Part shown: positions 1 to 14,248 of the stretch, piece by piece
Layout: each line of letters starts with the position of its first letter
Numbering within the stretch: position 1 is the first letter of the stretch
Assembly (NCBI RefSeq): GCF_024521635.1
Contig: NW_026250403.1
Coordinates: 1,674,001-1,738,000 of the forward strand
Direction of reading: 5' to 3'
Origin: Tricharina praecox
Lineage: Eukaryota
Length of the DNA stretch: 64,000 bases
Notes under the pieces: model-generated
Databases searched by the model: none
What the model saw: the letters and a program-made list of their open reading frames with translations, nothing else
What the model was told of the DNA's origin: nothing
Program-made: the position numbers and the translations under genes

Positions 1-761
1 TTGGAACCCCCACGTCCACGTCTGCAACGATGCAAACAGCCCCCGCGACACTGATACGCTTCAGACGGGCAGGATTTAGGCAACGAAAGCTCGAAGGTGA
101 GTGGTGCAGTTGGCTGGTGCCCTCTTCCTTCTCCTGCCTATGGGCCCTGGTACCCGTATGTAGCAATCTTCTGGCGGACCGCTATGGGTATTGACCTAGG
201 AAGGTCTTTGCAGCAGTAGGTATCCAACAATCCATTCGCATTCCTTTTTTTCTCTTCGCTCCCCCCACCCCTCCTACTATATCCCGCTATATCCGTTAAC
301 CACAACGTAGAAAGAAAACACATCGGCGTTCCACCCAGCGTTTTCACCGACGATCAAGCTGCAACTACAAGGCAGATTTCGATAGTCGAGGCCACGGAGG
401 GTACCTATCACCGGCATTCCATACGCGCTTCGAACTTAGCATCACTTGATCAAGCCGTTTGCTCGTAACTCGGCCGTTCATGCCAACAGTGCAGTGATGG
501 CTCGTGGACCTTCCTCCAGCCAGCCAGCCAGCCAGCCAGCAAGCAAGCATTGTTGGATAGGTAGACGAGAGGACGGCTAGGTACTGGCAGATCAGTCTCG
601 ATTCCTCGACCTAGAGAAGGATAAAGTCCTCTTGACAGCTGGTTCAACACTGCAGGCTTCCCACCAGGTGTTCTCGTGGGCCGTTCTATCTCAGAGGCCG
701 CTGGGCTCAGGTGGGAGAGCACGTAGAGTAAGTGCCTCCATTCCACTCCACTGACACATAT

Positions 762-897
762 CGACAGTCGACTTCGCAGTTGTCGAGGCTGGACACGAAG
801 GGGAACATGCGCATCGATCAGCCTACCGACAGTCGACTCCGCAGTTGTAACTTCTTAAGACACGAAGGAGAACATGCGCATCGATGAGCCCTACCTA
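762..897. repeat. Imperfect tandem duplication of about 65 bp (2 copies)
   Basis: CGACAGTCGACTYCGCAGTTGT...GACACGAAGGRGAACATGCGCATCGATSAGCC occurs at about 762 and again at about 827. Confidence 0.85.
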
Positions 898-3377
898 CCG
901 TCCATTCAAACCTCCTCGGTGTTGCCGTGAAGCCTGTTGACGGTTGCACAACTCCGCTTTCGCCGTCGAGTACGCCTTACCTACATGTCGGATTCGATCA
1001 CGACGTCCGACTCGGCGTTCATACCGAACGGCAGTGCATAAGCTAGCCTTCCCTTCGCCGCCCTTTCCACGAAGATGTGATGTTTATTCCTCTACTCCTC
1101 TAGACGTGCTTCGTGCATTCAAGAAGAATGTCGTGTCCGAGGCAAGGCGTTATCTGGAATCAGGTTACATAGTTATCCCGAAGATCACAATACCGTAGTT
1201 ATCGCCGTATAACGGTATGTACGGGCCGTACGGCTGAAGCCCGAGGGTCCAATAGAAACCTGCCATGTTATGTTTTGCTTTTGGCGTTTTGTTTTTCCAT
1301 CGATTGCTTGCGACATATCTAGATCGTGGCAAAACATGCGCACGCCATTTCCGTGTCCGCTCTCAAACATGACCGAGGTCAAGCGGTCCAATATGGTCGT
1401 GACCTTTCCCAGAGATATGTACCTGTAGAGCGCATCAACGAAGTGAAGTTAGCAAAATAAACGTTCGCTCATCACTCCGCCTCGTCTTATGCCTCTCCAT
1501 CATGAGATGTCATGATGGAGGGTGCGGAGGAACATCCGGAGTGACCTTCGTTCCTCAACCTCATCACCCTCCTCCTCCTCTCCGCCTGTCTTCCCCCCCG
1601 CTCCCACAACTCCGACTCCAACGCCTCCTAGCTGCGTCTTCCCCAGCGGCCCTGGGAATCCGCCTACCCACAGCAAGCCCACAGCAGTGGTGGCCAGAAA
1701 GGCCAAGACAGGCGAAACGCCGATACGCCGAAGGGGGCTGAGCACAATGAGCGTCGAGTGAGACGCAGTGACCCATGTAATCTCGCAGTGTGCCTTGCGT
1801 GTGATGTATGTGATGCACAAGGTCCGAGAGGAATTTCGAACACGATAGGTATCAATGGAATCCGAACCAGAACTGTGGGAAGCCTCGCAGAATCGCAGTT
1901 TTGCGCCTTGCGGAAGTTTGTGTCTCGCTATACATTTGCGAAATTAAGATTGTCGCCCTGAATTGAAGATGTTCCAATCGCTGCGAGTATTCTTGGTTGC
2001 AGAGTAGAGTAGAGAAACTGGTAGATCAAAGTATCTGGCCGCAGCACCAGTCAGTCATGATTCATGATGGTTCTTGATTCTGACGGATCGGTTGCGACGG
2101 ACGTCCACGCTTCAACGTTCCTCCGACCGACGATAACGAACCCGGTACGGCACTTTCGGAACCGCTACTCTAGATATGACGGGCGCCGCAGTTCAGCCAC
2201 ATCATATCCTGGAGTCTAACCACCACCTTCCTCTTCGCTGGTGTATACTTACGCGTCTACTTCTAATAACCTCCCAGTTCATCTCTCTTTCTTGTCTGTA
2301 CAGCCTCACTCAACTCACTTCCCCTCCACCGTCGAATAGAAACCGGCCGCCGACACGGGATCGGAATCCCCGAACCTGTGTGACACAACATATTATAGCC
2401 GTTCCGGATGTGTCAGAGGCTGAGAGCACAGCTTTCTGTTTTCTTTCTTTCTTTTTTTTTTTTGGTGCGGTGAGTCCGAGACACTGGTTAGCGGGATAGG
2501 GTTGCTCCGAGGAGGGAAATCGTCTGGAAGCTCTGCTTTCTTCCACCCTGAATCTTCCGCGAGCAGCCACGTTTCAGCTAGTTCGAGGTCTCTTCTTCCC
2601 CATTATCTTGCGATGAGCTGTGAGATGGGCTTCCAATTGAGGTTCAAATGTGTTTCTCTCTCTCTTCTTATTTTTCTTTCGTCTTTTTTCTTTCTTTTTT
2701 TCTTCCAGTCGACTCATGATGGATTGTGACTTGCGGCCGATGAGTTGAAGTTCGGATTCAATTTTGGAAGCGGATTAGTAGAGGATGTAGAGTAGAGTCG
2801 AGGCGATGAAGTCATCGCCGTTTCGTGCAACTGAATTAGCCGATTCTTTGGTGATCGGCCTTCTGCGGCTTCCTGTCGCCCGCCAGAGTCAACGCTCGCT
2901 TCAGATATCTGGGCTTTCGGGGAAAAAAGGAAACTCTTCGTTTGTGCTGTGGTGAATCCGATGTTCTCTTTTTGGAATCTGATATGTTTCGGCTCATTGA
3001 CCGTCGTTCGCCGACGTTCCCCCAATCCAGACGGGCTCCGACTAGAGCAGCTGTGACTCTCGGGAGCTCCCCCAGCTTCCTTTCGCAGTACGGTACTACT
3101 AGTATATTGCCGCCAGCTACCGCGAACTGCATGCTCCGAGCCAAGATATGTATACCGGCAGGTTAGCACGGGAATCACGGAGCGGAGCTGGTGTACCAAC
3201 TTTACAGACCACACGCGCTACGCCGCAGCGGCTTTCGCTAATGCCCATGCCTCTTCCCGCATGTTACTTTCGGAGCCATGGGGGAGTCCGCGCAACGGTG
3301 TCAGGCACATGTAACTAATAATGAGCAGCACCTGTCATCTCACTGTACAAGGTTAGACAGCTCTATGTATCCATAGT

Positions 3378-3470
3378 GGGGGGACGGGGGAAGGGCGGAG
3401 GGAGGATGGAGGAGAGAGGGGGGAGGGGGGGGGGGGGGGGGGGGAGGGAGAGAGGGATGGAGGGGGGGGG
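3378..3470 (+). repeat. Polypurine / poly-G tract
   Basis: About 90 nt of almost only G and A, including long G runs. Confidence 0.9.
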
Positions 3471-4314
3471 CATGGATGATGTGTATGACCTGATTGGGGC
3501 TTGTTTTACCAGCTGCCGACAGACGGATGGAGAAGCACCAACGTTTACCACCACCAGTACCATCAGTACCACCACCACCTCCTCCACCTCTACCTCCGCC
3601 CGCTATACACTTAATACTCATCAGCAACACACACGCACTTCCGTAAACGTCGACCCGCCATGACTCAATGTTATCAGATCCATCCCAGGTCTGGCTGGCG
3701 CCTGCTCACACGCTTCCCAACATTGGGGTAGTGGTCGTAGTAGTCGTCGTTGCTGGCTGGCTGTACTGCGGGGCGGTGAGTGTCGGCGTCGTACCCCGCG
3801 TAGGTGGGCTCCTCCTCCCGTATACCGATCCGCCCTGCTTGGGTCCCTCGTGGCTTGCGAGGACCTGCATACCTTTTTTTGTGAGGGACCTCATTCCTGA
3901 TAAAAACCCCGGCTCCCGTCCCGATGGTTATGGGCTTCATTGACAAACATCACAACATACAGCGACATATACCACACACGCCTTCACTCACCCGTCTACC
4001 TTCAACAATCAAACAGTCCATCCTCAGCGATTGTCTTTGCCGCCTCCGGCCTCTTCTTCGTCTTCTTCTTCCTATTCATCCCCACCCTTGCGCACGTGCA
4101 CGCTCCTCCTTGAGCTCCTCCTCTCTTATATATACAAACAAACCCCCTCCGAGGCTTCAGCTGTCGCCATCGCACTACCGTCAGCCGGAATACCAAAGCA
4201 GATATCGATCTGCCAGCCAGCCACCTTAAGCGCAATACCCTAATTCACGCATCGATATCGATATCAATACTTCCGCCGGCACCACCACCCCACCACACAC
4301 AAACACACACGATC

Positions 4315-4524
4315 ATGCCTGCACCCGGAAACTCCCAAGACCCCGAAGTCATCCGCCAGTGGATGTCACAGAACTTGATGAACGTCTCTTCCGGCGCGCC
4401 AGCCAACCAGAACCCATACCCTCAGCTCGACCCGCGTCTCCTTGGAGGTTCCAACGCTGCTCCCGTCGGAGGTAACCATGGTGGACACCACGGACAACAC
4501 GGCAGTGGGTCCGGACGGAGATAG
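4315..4524 (+). CDS. Small Gly/Asn/His-rich hypothetical protein (69 aa)
   Basis: True ATG after a CA-rich leader, TATATATA box at about 4126 after a CT-rich tract, C-ending codon bias, and a T-rich downstream region resembling a 3' UTR. No family recognised. Confidence 0.45.
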   Translation: MPAPGNSQDPEVIRQWMSQNLMNVSSGAPANQNPYPQLDPRLLGGSNAAPVGGNHGGHHGQHGSGSGRR

Positions 4525-7397
4525 ACGGGTCCTTGAGTCCGAGTCAGGAACGCGCGAAAAATCAGGTATGCATGCTCGATCATAAACCCATGGATGATCC
4601 GCCAGATAGGGTGCTGACAGCCCGCGTTGCAGCAGCAATGAGTCATTTCGATATTCTCCTCTCATGCCACCACAAATACATAGCTGCCTGCATCTGCATC
4701 ATGATCGACGGCAGTCATGAATACACATACACCAATCACACCAATCACCACTCCGTCTCTTCTTCTTCTTTCTTTCTCTCTCTCCACTCAATAAATAGCT
4801 TTCTTCTTTGTCTGTTTGCTTTTTCATGTACACCAAAATATTCGCATTGTCCGGAGCGGGAGTGGGGGTTGCATGGGGATATATCCATTTCTATTTCAGG
4901 GTGTTCTTCTTCTTCTTTTTTTTTGTTTTCTGGGGGGCTTGTATTAGATTGTTTAGACGGCGTGCTTTGGGCGTTTCTGGATTTGCTTGTTTCTACGGTT
5001 ATTACTTGTTCCGTCGCGTTTGTGCTCTTTTGGGCCGTCTTCTTCTTCCCATATATAGGTCGCATTAGATTGTATGTTGTAATACTACTGTCAACCCCCC
5101 CGCTAAGCCTTCAAAGTAGGGCTTTCGGGTAATACCTAATGAGGAAATATTCTCGCTCCCTCGCCAGAACCTCAAAATGCGATGTCTATGAAGTGTGTAT
5201 GTAACTGTGTAATTGGCTGAACGTGATAACCATCATACACACAGCACACACAGGACTGAGCTAAGCCACACTGCACTGACTACATACATCAAACCCCATA
5301 CAGCGCCGCAGCGCAGCGCTTAAGCTGACGACGTCGGGAACGGCATAAAGTCCATCCGAGCTCGAGCCCCATGGGCGTCGAGGACGTCGCGGGCGGGCGA
5401 GAACTGCATCTTGTTTTTTTGCACGGGGTCGCTCACGGTCGGCGGGCTACGTACCGACGAAGTACCTAAAGCAAAGCAACGAGAGAGAGAGAGAGGAGAG
5501 GGTCTGCGAACTGGAACTGGAACTGGAACTAGAACCACCTCCGGTCTCCGGCGGGTTTTCGCGAATGACGCATAGTTACTTGCTTGGGTGCTTGGGTGCT
5601 TGGTACCTTAGCTAAGCGCGGTAGGGGGTGCGGTGGAAGGGTGGAAGGGGGATGCAACCCGTTAACTAAAGTTTCTTTTGCTTTTTTTGTTTTTGTTTAC
5701 GACAGTTTGGGGTACGCCATGAGACTACACGTAGTCTACCTGTGATATGATGGGGAAGTATGAAGTAGGGGAGTTTTGTATGGTGTAGTTGGTTGTGTAT
5801 TGGTTGTGTTCTGGTTGTGTATAAACAATGCAAATACCGTTTCGCGACGTGCATTCAGTCTTTACCGGTACGCCTCTCTAGGGTACGGTATATTACTGGG
5901 GACGTAACCGGTGCCGGAATTGCGGTCCCTCCCTCTCTCTCACTCTCACCCTCCCACACCCCCGCCCTCCCACCTTCACACCCATGACCATCCCCGAGGC
6001 GCGGTCGCGTCCTTCCCTACACACTCTACATACTCTACATACATCTTTTCCCACGAGACGAGACGAGACGAGACGAGACAAGGCAAGGCGAGGCGAGGCA
6101 TACTCTACTCTACTTACTCTACTCTGCGGATCCCATCCCATCCCATCCCATACCGTTGCTTGTCACTTGATCCACTAGGCCTCCCGGAGGACGGACATAG
6201 GAATGGGTTCGAAAGGAACCCACCCAGCCTCCCGGACTCTGACACGGAGACCAATTGCTTAGTCTAGTGATCCAGAGTTGAGGTTGACGTTGACGTGAGC
6301 CTCTCCGTAACTGGAGTATGTCGTGCCCCGCGCCTCCTCCGAACCAATACTACCCGTCCAATCGTCCAACCAGTCAACAAGCCAGCCTGCCGGCCAGGGC
6401 GTTCACACTCAGCGTCTGTACTTCCATGTGAGCATCGGTTTCGTACTCGGGTCGGACGGCCATGGGCCAGTGCCACAAACCGGTATGTACGTGTAGAGTA
6501 GTTGCAGGTACCGTAGCTATTTGCGGTACTACAGCAAGTCGAGTGATGGTTAATGCGGCACTCTTCCCTACGAACCCACGAATGTACGCATCTACGAATC
6601 TACGATAAGCCTGCGCGCGGGGGAGGGGGAAGGCGGAGGGGAGAGGGAGGGCAGGTGGTGGTACACACGCGCGTACATTATGTAGGTACTCTACGTTGCT
6701 TCAGGCTTCAGCTGTCGATGTACAATTTCGATATATGTTTTCGCGTCGAGTATCTACCTACATATTCTGGCGATGCACGCGGCACGTGTGGTAGACGCTA
6801 CCGTGACCCAGCCCGCGGTGACGACTGTCTCGTATTTGCATTTGTCCATGTGTGCCCATGTGTTGCGGGGGCTGCCGTTTGTATGCATGTACTCTACCTA
6901 TGTAGAATATGCAAGGCATCTATCGCTTGTCGCCGCGGGGAGCAGCCCGATATACTCTACATACTGTCGTCGTCGGCGGCGGCCTCCTCCAAGCCCGCGC
7001 CCGCGCGCGGGATCGTGCGGATGTTTCACGCGGCATGCTCAAATTTCCCGGCGCCCCTTCCGATCGCTAACTGCTGGTAGCGTACCCAGGTGGGGACGGG
7101 GGGGCCGGGGAGGGGGGCCGATATCGGGGCGCTGCCGAAGCGATGCCCTAGGGGAGATGAAGATAACGTTATTCACAAATTGGCATGATCCAACCCCTCC
7201 CTCCGCGTCCACGTTATGGAGAGTAAAGTACCTAGAGTAGAGTATGTATCGAAATGGCTAGTTCAGGAACCGGAACCGGGACCAGGACCAGGAGCGGGAC
7301 CGGGACGTAGCCCGAGTGCTCCCAACAGCTGAGACGTACCTATTTCATGTGGGAGGCTGAGTTCGAGGGCCCACGAATCATACTCTACAGACCTATT

Positions 7398-7423
7398 GGG
7401 GGGGGGGGGGGGGGGGGGGGGGG
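7398..7423 (+). repeat. G26 homopolymer
   Basis: 26 consecutive G. Confidence 0.95.
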
Positions 7424-7770
7424 TTGATCCTCCCGGATTGATCGGTCTCCGGGCCCGCGGCTGGCCGAGAGCTGGGCCCTGGCCCTGGCGTGACAGGCTG
7501 TGGGGTACATACCCTACATATGTACATGCCTACCTACATACAAACATACATAGCCCGAGAAAGATGAATCAAGGGCACTGGCTAATCTCGCCGTGATCGT
7601 TCCTTCGCGAAACATAGTTGCTTCCTTAGGACGTTACGTATACCTCAGAAACGGGAGATGGAGGATTGTGGCTGTGCTTTCGTCAAGTTTGGCGGGCAAG
7701 GGTTGGCTTACAAAGGACCCATGGTTTCGGGAGGGAGAGGTGGCTCGGTAGTAATAGAGTAGGGTAGAAG

Positions 7771-7830
7771 TAGAGTGCGGTAGAGTGCGGTAGAGTGCGG
7801 TAGAGTGCGGTAGAGTGCGGTGGAGTGCGG
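7771..7830. repeat. 10-bp minisatellite (TAGAGTGCGG)x6
   Basis: Five perfect copies and one variant copy. Confidence 0.95.
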
Positions 7831-10800
7831 TGGAGGTAGGTAAGTGCTTGGGTAGCTGAGTTCCCATGCAAGCGGGTAGGTTAGATAGGTACATGCCTAT
7901 GCGAAATCTGAAGGAGCGGCAGTGCAGACGATCCGCGTATGCATGCATGCATATTCACCGAGGACAGCGTGGGGTCTGGGAAATTCGAAGGCGGTGGTCC
8001 GCTAGTGTAAGCTATTCCTCTATGTAGAGTATGTACCTGCTCACTATCGCATCGAAAGGTGGTGGTGGTGGGGCGGGGAAGGGGATGAGGTGGGGGGGGA
8101 TTTGGAGGGGTCATCGTATTCGCAACGTACGTACCGTACCGCCGGAGTCCCGTGCTCGGCATACATATGCGCAACGTTTGCGCACTCGCTGCTCAACAAC
8201 CCAACCAACCAGCCCGCTTTGGCAAACGAGAGGAGAACTCAACGCTGCCCCAACGACACGAAAGAAACACGAAGCCTGGAGACGTAATTCGGAGGAATTC
8301 CGGAGGAATTCCCGGCGCGAGCGAGCATATGCGTGGACTGCGCGGCCAGCACTCGCAATCAATGTCGATGTCGATGTCGATGGTATCTATCCATCACCTT
8401 CTTCCTTCTTGCTTCCGTTCGTTCCATCGTTCCTTCATTCCTTCCAGGCAACAACGTTCGGCCACGGGAACAGCTTCGCGTGCGGCGAGCGGCGTACATA
8501 CCCCACCTGAAACTTCCGAGTTCCAAATAGCCATGTAAAGTAGAACTATGTATGTACATATTTACCGATACCTGGCTGAAACTCCGAGCATTTGTCACCA
8601 TCCTCTATTGGGACCCGACTCTTGACTCACGCCGTACACGCGCAAAGCGATTAAGTCCGAGGTTCTGACTGGGAGACCCGAAACTTGACGGGTTGGGAGC
8701 GCCCCACCCCGGATCGGCGCGTGCAGTACTCTAGAGCAGCTCGTTGCGGGTTGGTTGGTAGCGATGGAGTCATCGGTACGGTAACTGTACGGCATTTCGT
8801 TCCAAAGCGCTTTCGGGATGGCTGGCAGACTGACTGGCAGACTGACTGACTGACTGAGTGTTTGATCTTGAGAGGTGCCAGACGTCGACATGCATTGACT
8901 CCCTCGAGTTGTACATATCATACTTACTTGGGTATGTACTCTACATACATTGACTCTACGCGTTACAAAAATTGGTAAGCGAAAGCGTCTTGTGACACCA
9001 CCGTCTTGCGGAGCTCCGTGTCTTGTTTCCCCAATTACCAACGGTCAGGGCTTGCGTGCGTGTTTCGGAGGTGAAGACTCACAACTCGCTTGTTTGCCTG
9101 GTTGGGGGCGGAAGCGGGTTGGTAGGTAGGTTCAAGGTTGGTTGTTTGGGGAACGGCATGCCGGCAAAATCGGGATCGGGTGGGACCGGGCTGCCATGGG
9201 TTGCCTGGGGACTTACTCAGTCAACTATCGGATCACGCGCCCACCCGAATGACTCTGAGCTCGACCGGAGCCGGGAACTCTGATGGAATAGTTACATAGG
9301 ACCTCCGATGGTATCACAATTATAGAAGTACCTACTCACCTACCCCACTCTTCCTCTGCGGTGAGGCCGGACGAGAGTCGGATTCAATCCGACCGTGTTC
9401 AAATGAATTGCTAGAAAGTATGTGTGCAACGACATCCTTGCCCAGCATGCGATATCACTCATCTGTTGGGCTAGGGTTCTCTGGTGTCGGATCGGACGGT
9501 CGCCTTCTTTTGCCCGTCCGCTCCAGAACGATATTATCGCGTCGCGGGAACTATGTCCGTACACAAATCGTGCGGTCGTCATTATAGTATGTAAGCATTC
9601 GAAGGAGGTGCTGTTGAGCGGCGACCTCTGTTGTCCCTTTTGCTTCCGAGACCCCTAAGTACATGACACGATAGAGTAGCTGGGCTTCCTTGGATCTAGG
9701 TATCAACAGCGAGCCGAGTAGCCTGCGGATGCTAAAAGTCTGATCCAACAGCATATAATTACTTAGGTAAGCAGTACCTATATCAACAGCGGCCGAGTGT
9801 ACGAGTTGCCAGTGGAGGTTGGCCGCTGGATAGAACCGGTACTACCTAGTAGCTAACCGGCGGCAGATCATCAAAACATCAAGATCCACGGATCTGCGAG
9901 TATCCTAAGGAAACGTGTTGGTGGGGTAGGTAGTTTCGCTACCACCACTGAAAACATAACTCTCATATATACCGACAGGCGACCGGGATATTCCAAGATC
10001 CACCACTTCATAATCACGCAACCACACTCGGCCCAGGATGGCTGGATCCAACCCAGTGAACATCAATAAACCTCCTGACCATGTGCCAGGTTACCCGTCA
10101 TCCGTAAACGACAGTCCCATTCCCAGAACTACCGTAATCTCCATCCGTACTCCGGTTGAAAGAACGTCGATCCTTCTCGCGTCCATGAACAATACTCTTC
10201 GACTCCCTGCGGAGAAATATAGTAGGAGAGTGGGAGAGTAGCTCCGTCAGCAAGTCGTTCCTTTGATAGGCCGGATATAGAGCTCTACTATGTATACAAC
10301 TGGTGGATAAGCATATCTCGACACGATACAAGGGCTGCAGCCAGTGGAGCTTTGGATCGACGTCCCATGCCGAAATTCAAATGAAGTCAGCTCGGCTGGC
10401 AGAAGGCGGGGATGATGGCCGCTTTGTATGTATGTACATACAGCATACTAAGAATTTGCTCGGGAAATACAGACAGTGGTACTGAAAATTAGCTTCCCGA
10501 CCGGAATCCGGGTACGTTATTAGCAGCGCCGGCTCCTCCGAGTCCCGAGTTCGGATCGCCCACAAGTAGGCCTATACTGGATCTCGGGTTTGAACCAGAC
10601 GGTATTGGGTTTATTGCACTCGGGTCTAATGAGGGCAATCATGGAATCGACCACAGCAGACCAGGCCCCGCTAACAAACAGCTTACGGGTCCCACCGCCA
10701 GTCTCTCGGCACTCAATCACTACCGTACCGAGCTACCTATGATCCCGCGAGATTTACAGTGCGTCTAGGTATTCGTCGTATGTAGCTACAGCCGCTCCCG

Positions 10801-13800
10801 TCCCCTCCCCAGGAAGCGTGGCGGGTTGGCTATCTTGGACAGTCACTCGGGCGTTGCGCACGGTATCCGCCTGCACCTTTTACCTAGTAGTCCGTGAGGG
10901 CTGGGCAGAAACCTCAGCGAGTATGCATCGATGCGCGCATCCCCGGACTCATCCGGGCTACCTCCGAGGAGGTACCATATGCACACGCCATGAATCCGGA
11001 TATTCCAGTCAATCCGTGCGGTCGTTGTTTGGGGGTGTTTCCCCCAGTGCTGCTATGAGTTCGGAGATCCAATACTACCAGTGTGGCGACTGCGTTCGCC
11101 CTAGGTATTCTTTCCTTCTGTGCATCCTCCGTGGCTCCTCCATTCGAACTTCGGCCTGGCGGGGCACTTCAAGGGTGCGTGCGGGATGCCTCCCTCTGGA
11201 TGGATGGAGGATTACATGGTGTCATGGTGATACCAAGAGCCTTCTCTCGCCGACGTGTCTAGAATCTAGATGGCCGTAACTCGCTCTTATACATACTACA
11301 TAGCTTTAAGAATGAGGCGTGTGCGCTGAATGGTGGAAGTTTTTCCCATGTATCTCGGCCTGCCTGCAAACGGATGCCTTTCAGACCGACAGTAGGTATG
11401 GCTAACCCACCACCTCCAGCCGCACTGCTGTGTGCTGGCCTTCTCGAATCTCGATCATTGGTGGGTGCGTTGACCGCTGGCGGCCTTATGTACCAATGGC
11501 CTGGCGGCAAGAATCGCTATTCGTATTGACTAATTTGAACGCTTTGCTTTTGCTACCGTACCTTGTCCCCAGCTTGCTTCGGTGGTGTGATCCGCCTTGC
11601 TCTTGGAGTCTATCCTGCTCGTCGTTCAGCTCCCATAGGCTTTGGGGAGTTGGATTCGCCTAGGTACTTACTTGGTATGTACATGTTTTCCAGGTTCGCC
11701 TAATCATTTCTTTCTTGATAACTGGATTCTGAGTTCTGGGTTCTGGGTTCTGGGTTTTCTTGGTGACGAGTTCTGTTTTGCTAGGTCGGGTAGGCACACT
11801 GACTGAGTAGCCGTCGAGTGATGCTGTGAACAAATTACGTCCAACCATTGAAATCTCGCCACATACACATATCTGTGCGGTACACAGGTACATACTCGAA
11901 CTCGATCCAGCCTTGCCAATCACCGTCGGTATCGTAAATGTATCTTGATAACGCAGGATTGGCTTCCGATGGAGCAAGAAATGCCAAGCTCGGACTGAGA
12001 GTATTGTATCAGATTACGGCGTCCGGAGCACATGAAGGATCTCTCCTCATGTCCGCTGTAAGGCGCTGGCAATGATGAAGTTTCAAGGAGAACTGTTTGA
12101 AGGAGTCAAGGATTCGTTCATGCGAACTGTATTTGGAGGAGGAGATGTGTTCTGCTGTCTGGTCTCGCCGCCGGGTCTATCTCCCAATGGCAGACATGTT
12201 CTGCATATGTATAGAAGGGCACCGGGCCCGGAGAAGAAGAAGAAGAAAGCAAAAGAGCAGTTACATCTTCCTACCAATCCCCCTATCGAACTCAGTAGAT
12301 TTGATATATTGTCGCAGCCTTCGTGGTGGAAGTGAATGGGCTGATGATTTGCTGGCTGGCTGGTATGTAACTGGTGGTGATGCAGCATGCGGCCACACCG
12401 TCCTCCCGAGCATACCGTACCCTATATTAGAGATCGCCATCGCTTGAACTGCCCCTACTCCATGGGTTTCCCCGTAAACTCCCAGTTATTCGGAGAAGAT
12501 CAAGAAAGCTCCTTCCAAGCGCGACAAGCCCCGACTCGGCGTTTCCCTGATTATTCCAGTCCGCCTATTGCGTTCTTGGCGCGAGTCCGCAACCACCTTT
12601 TTTAGCTCAAAATGACACCTTTTGCACTACGGGGCGAAAGGCGCACCCAATTTTCCACATCATCCATCGTGTTCGGTTATGTAGCAGACTAGAGGAGTTA
12701 ACGGACCCTCGCCAAAAACGAAAACTCAAGCCTTTTCAAAAACCAGAGACGAGAGGATCCTGAATTGCCGATGACCGCTTGAAGCAAATTTTAGGTGTCT
12801 TGTGTTTCTTATGTATCATATTTTGCGGGGCGTATCAGGTAGGTACCGTACATCATACATACTCCAGATGCGTAGGATCTCCGATGGCAGGCTGGGTACT
12901 ATAAGTTTCTCCAATCACATGTAAGCTGCATATATATTTGCTGCACTAATATAGCGGACGCCTCCGCGGGGCTGAGGACTCGCCTTTCACAGTTACTCCC
13001 GTCCACCGGTGGGCGAAAGGAGCGAGTCTTATGAGGTATGTACCTGCGTTGCGCGAAACCAACTGGCTGGCCACGACCGCATGCGGGACACGGCGAGAGT
13101 AGTTACCAACCTCACCCAGCCAGCAACGCCCAGTCAAGGACGCTGCTAAGTTACCCAGGACGGCTAGTTAGAACCCAGGAGAAAAGCGCTCACGGATTCC
13201 AATCGAAGCCCCATTTCTCGCGGCAGTTGGACTTTCTTCTTTCCTTCCAGGCTCGAGAATTCGCATCTGATTGACCGACGGCGATGTCCGCCACACATGG
13301 TGGCCACGAGTATTTCGTATTTTGTCTCAAATCCCCCGCCACGTCAAAGCCCGGCCACATGGTTGTTGCTTGCTCCTTCAACTGCGTTGCCGGGAACGAA
13401 GGAAGGTCGGACAGGATGCCGGAGTTGAGGGAAAAACCGTGGACTAGAGTGTTCTTCTAGGTGGAAATGGATCGGCCATGTGCTCTAACCCAGGTCGGTG
13501 TTTCGGATCCAGTCCGTGAGAGTCCAACCACCAGTCGGAGCTCTCTTCGATGGAGAGAGATCCCGGGGGGAGGTTATACTATATATACTGACGCGGAAAA
13601 ATAGATGCTTTCGCCACCGTCGTTCGGACACGGAAAGCGGCTTCCCGACGGCAAAGAGTCGACATCCGAGCAATCGCCGAGGGGACCTTCCTGGGGTGAA
13701 CTCGTCGGCGTCGGCGATCAGGGTGTCGCTACTAGATGAGCACTACCAGGGTACCGGCAGATACCGGTATGGAGTAGGCCCTCCATCTATCTGAAAATCC

Positions 13801-14248
13801 AACTATCCGAAATCTGGGCATCAGGCGGTGCGTACCGAAGAAGAAGAAGATAGAGAAAAAGAAGAAGGACAAGGAAGGATGAGATGCACTGTGCAGCACC
13901 CACCGCAGGTAAAAGGGTTTGGAGCCTGTCTGCGGTCAAGCGCCGTTTGTATGGTGGGATTGAGCATGAGGCTGCGCTGGGATGCCCACCCTCCAGACAT
14001 GCTACGTATGATCGGCAATCAAGCACGGAACCTTTGGTCTCGCGCGAGCTTGCCACTAGAGTGCTCACTTTCTTTTGGATGGCAGACGGCTTTCAGTCCT
14101 CTGTTAATACCAGCCGGCCATCCCCAGAGAACGCTCTGCATCTTCACAGAGCCATCCCGCAACAGCAGCAGACGTCTGTCCCCGCCACAACACCAGCCGT
14201 ACCGAATCCTCCCATGTGGCGAATACGACGATACGCCCATCCCCAAAC

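Noticed and set aside
1522-1761. Pro/Ser-rich ORF
   Set aside because: GTG start, low complexity and no upstream exon identified.
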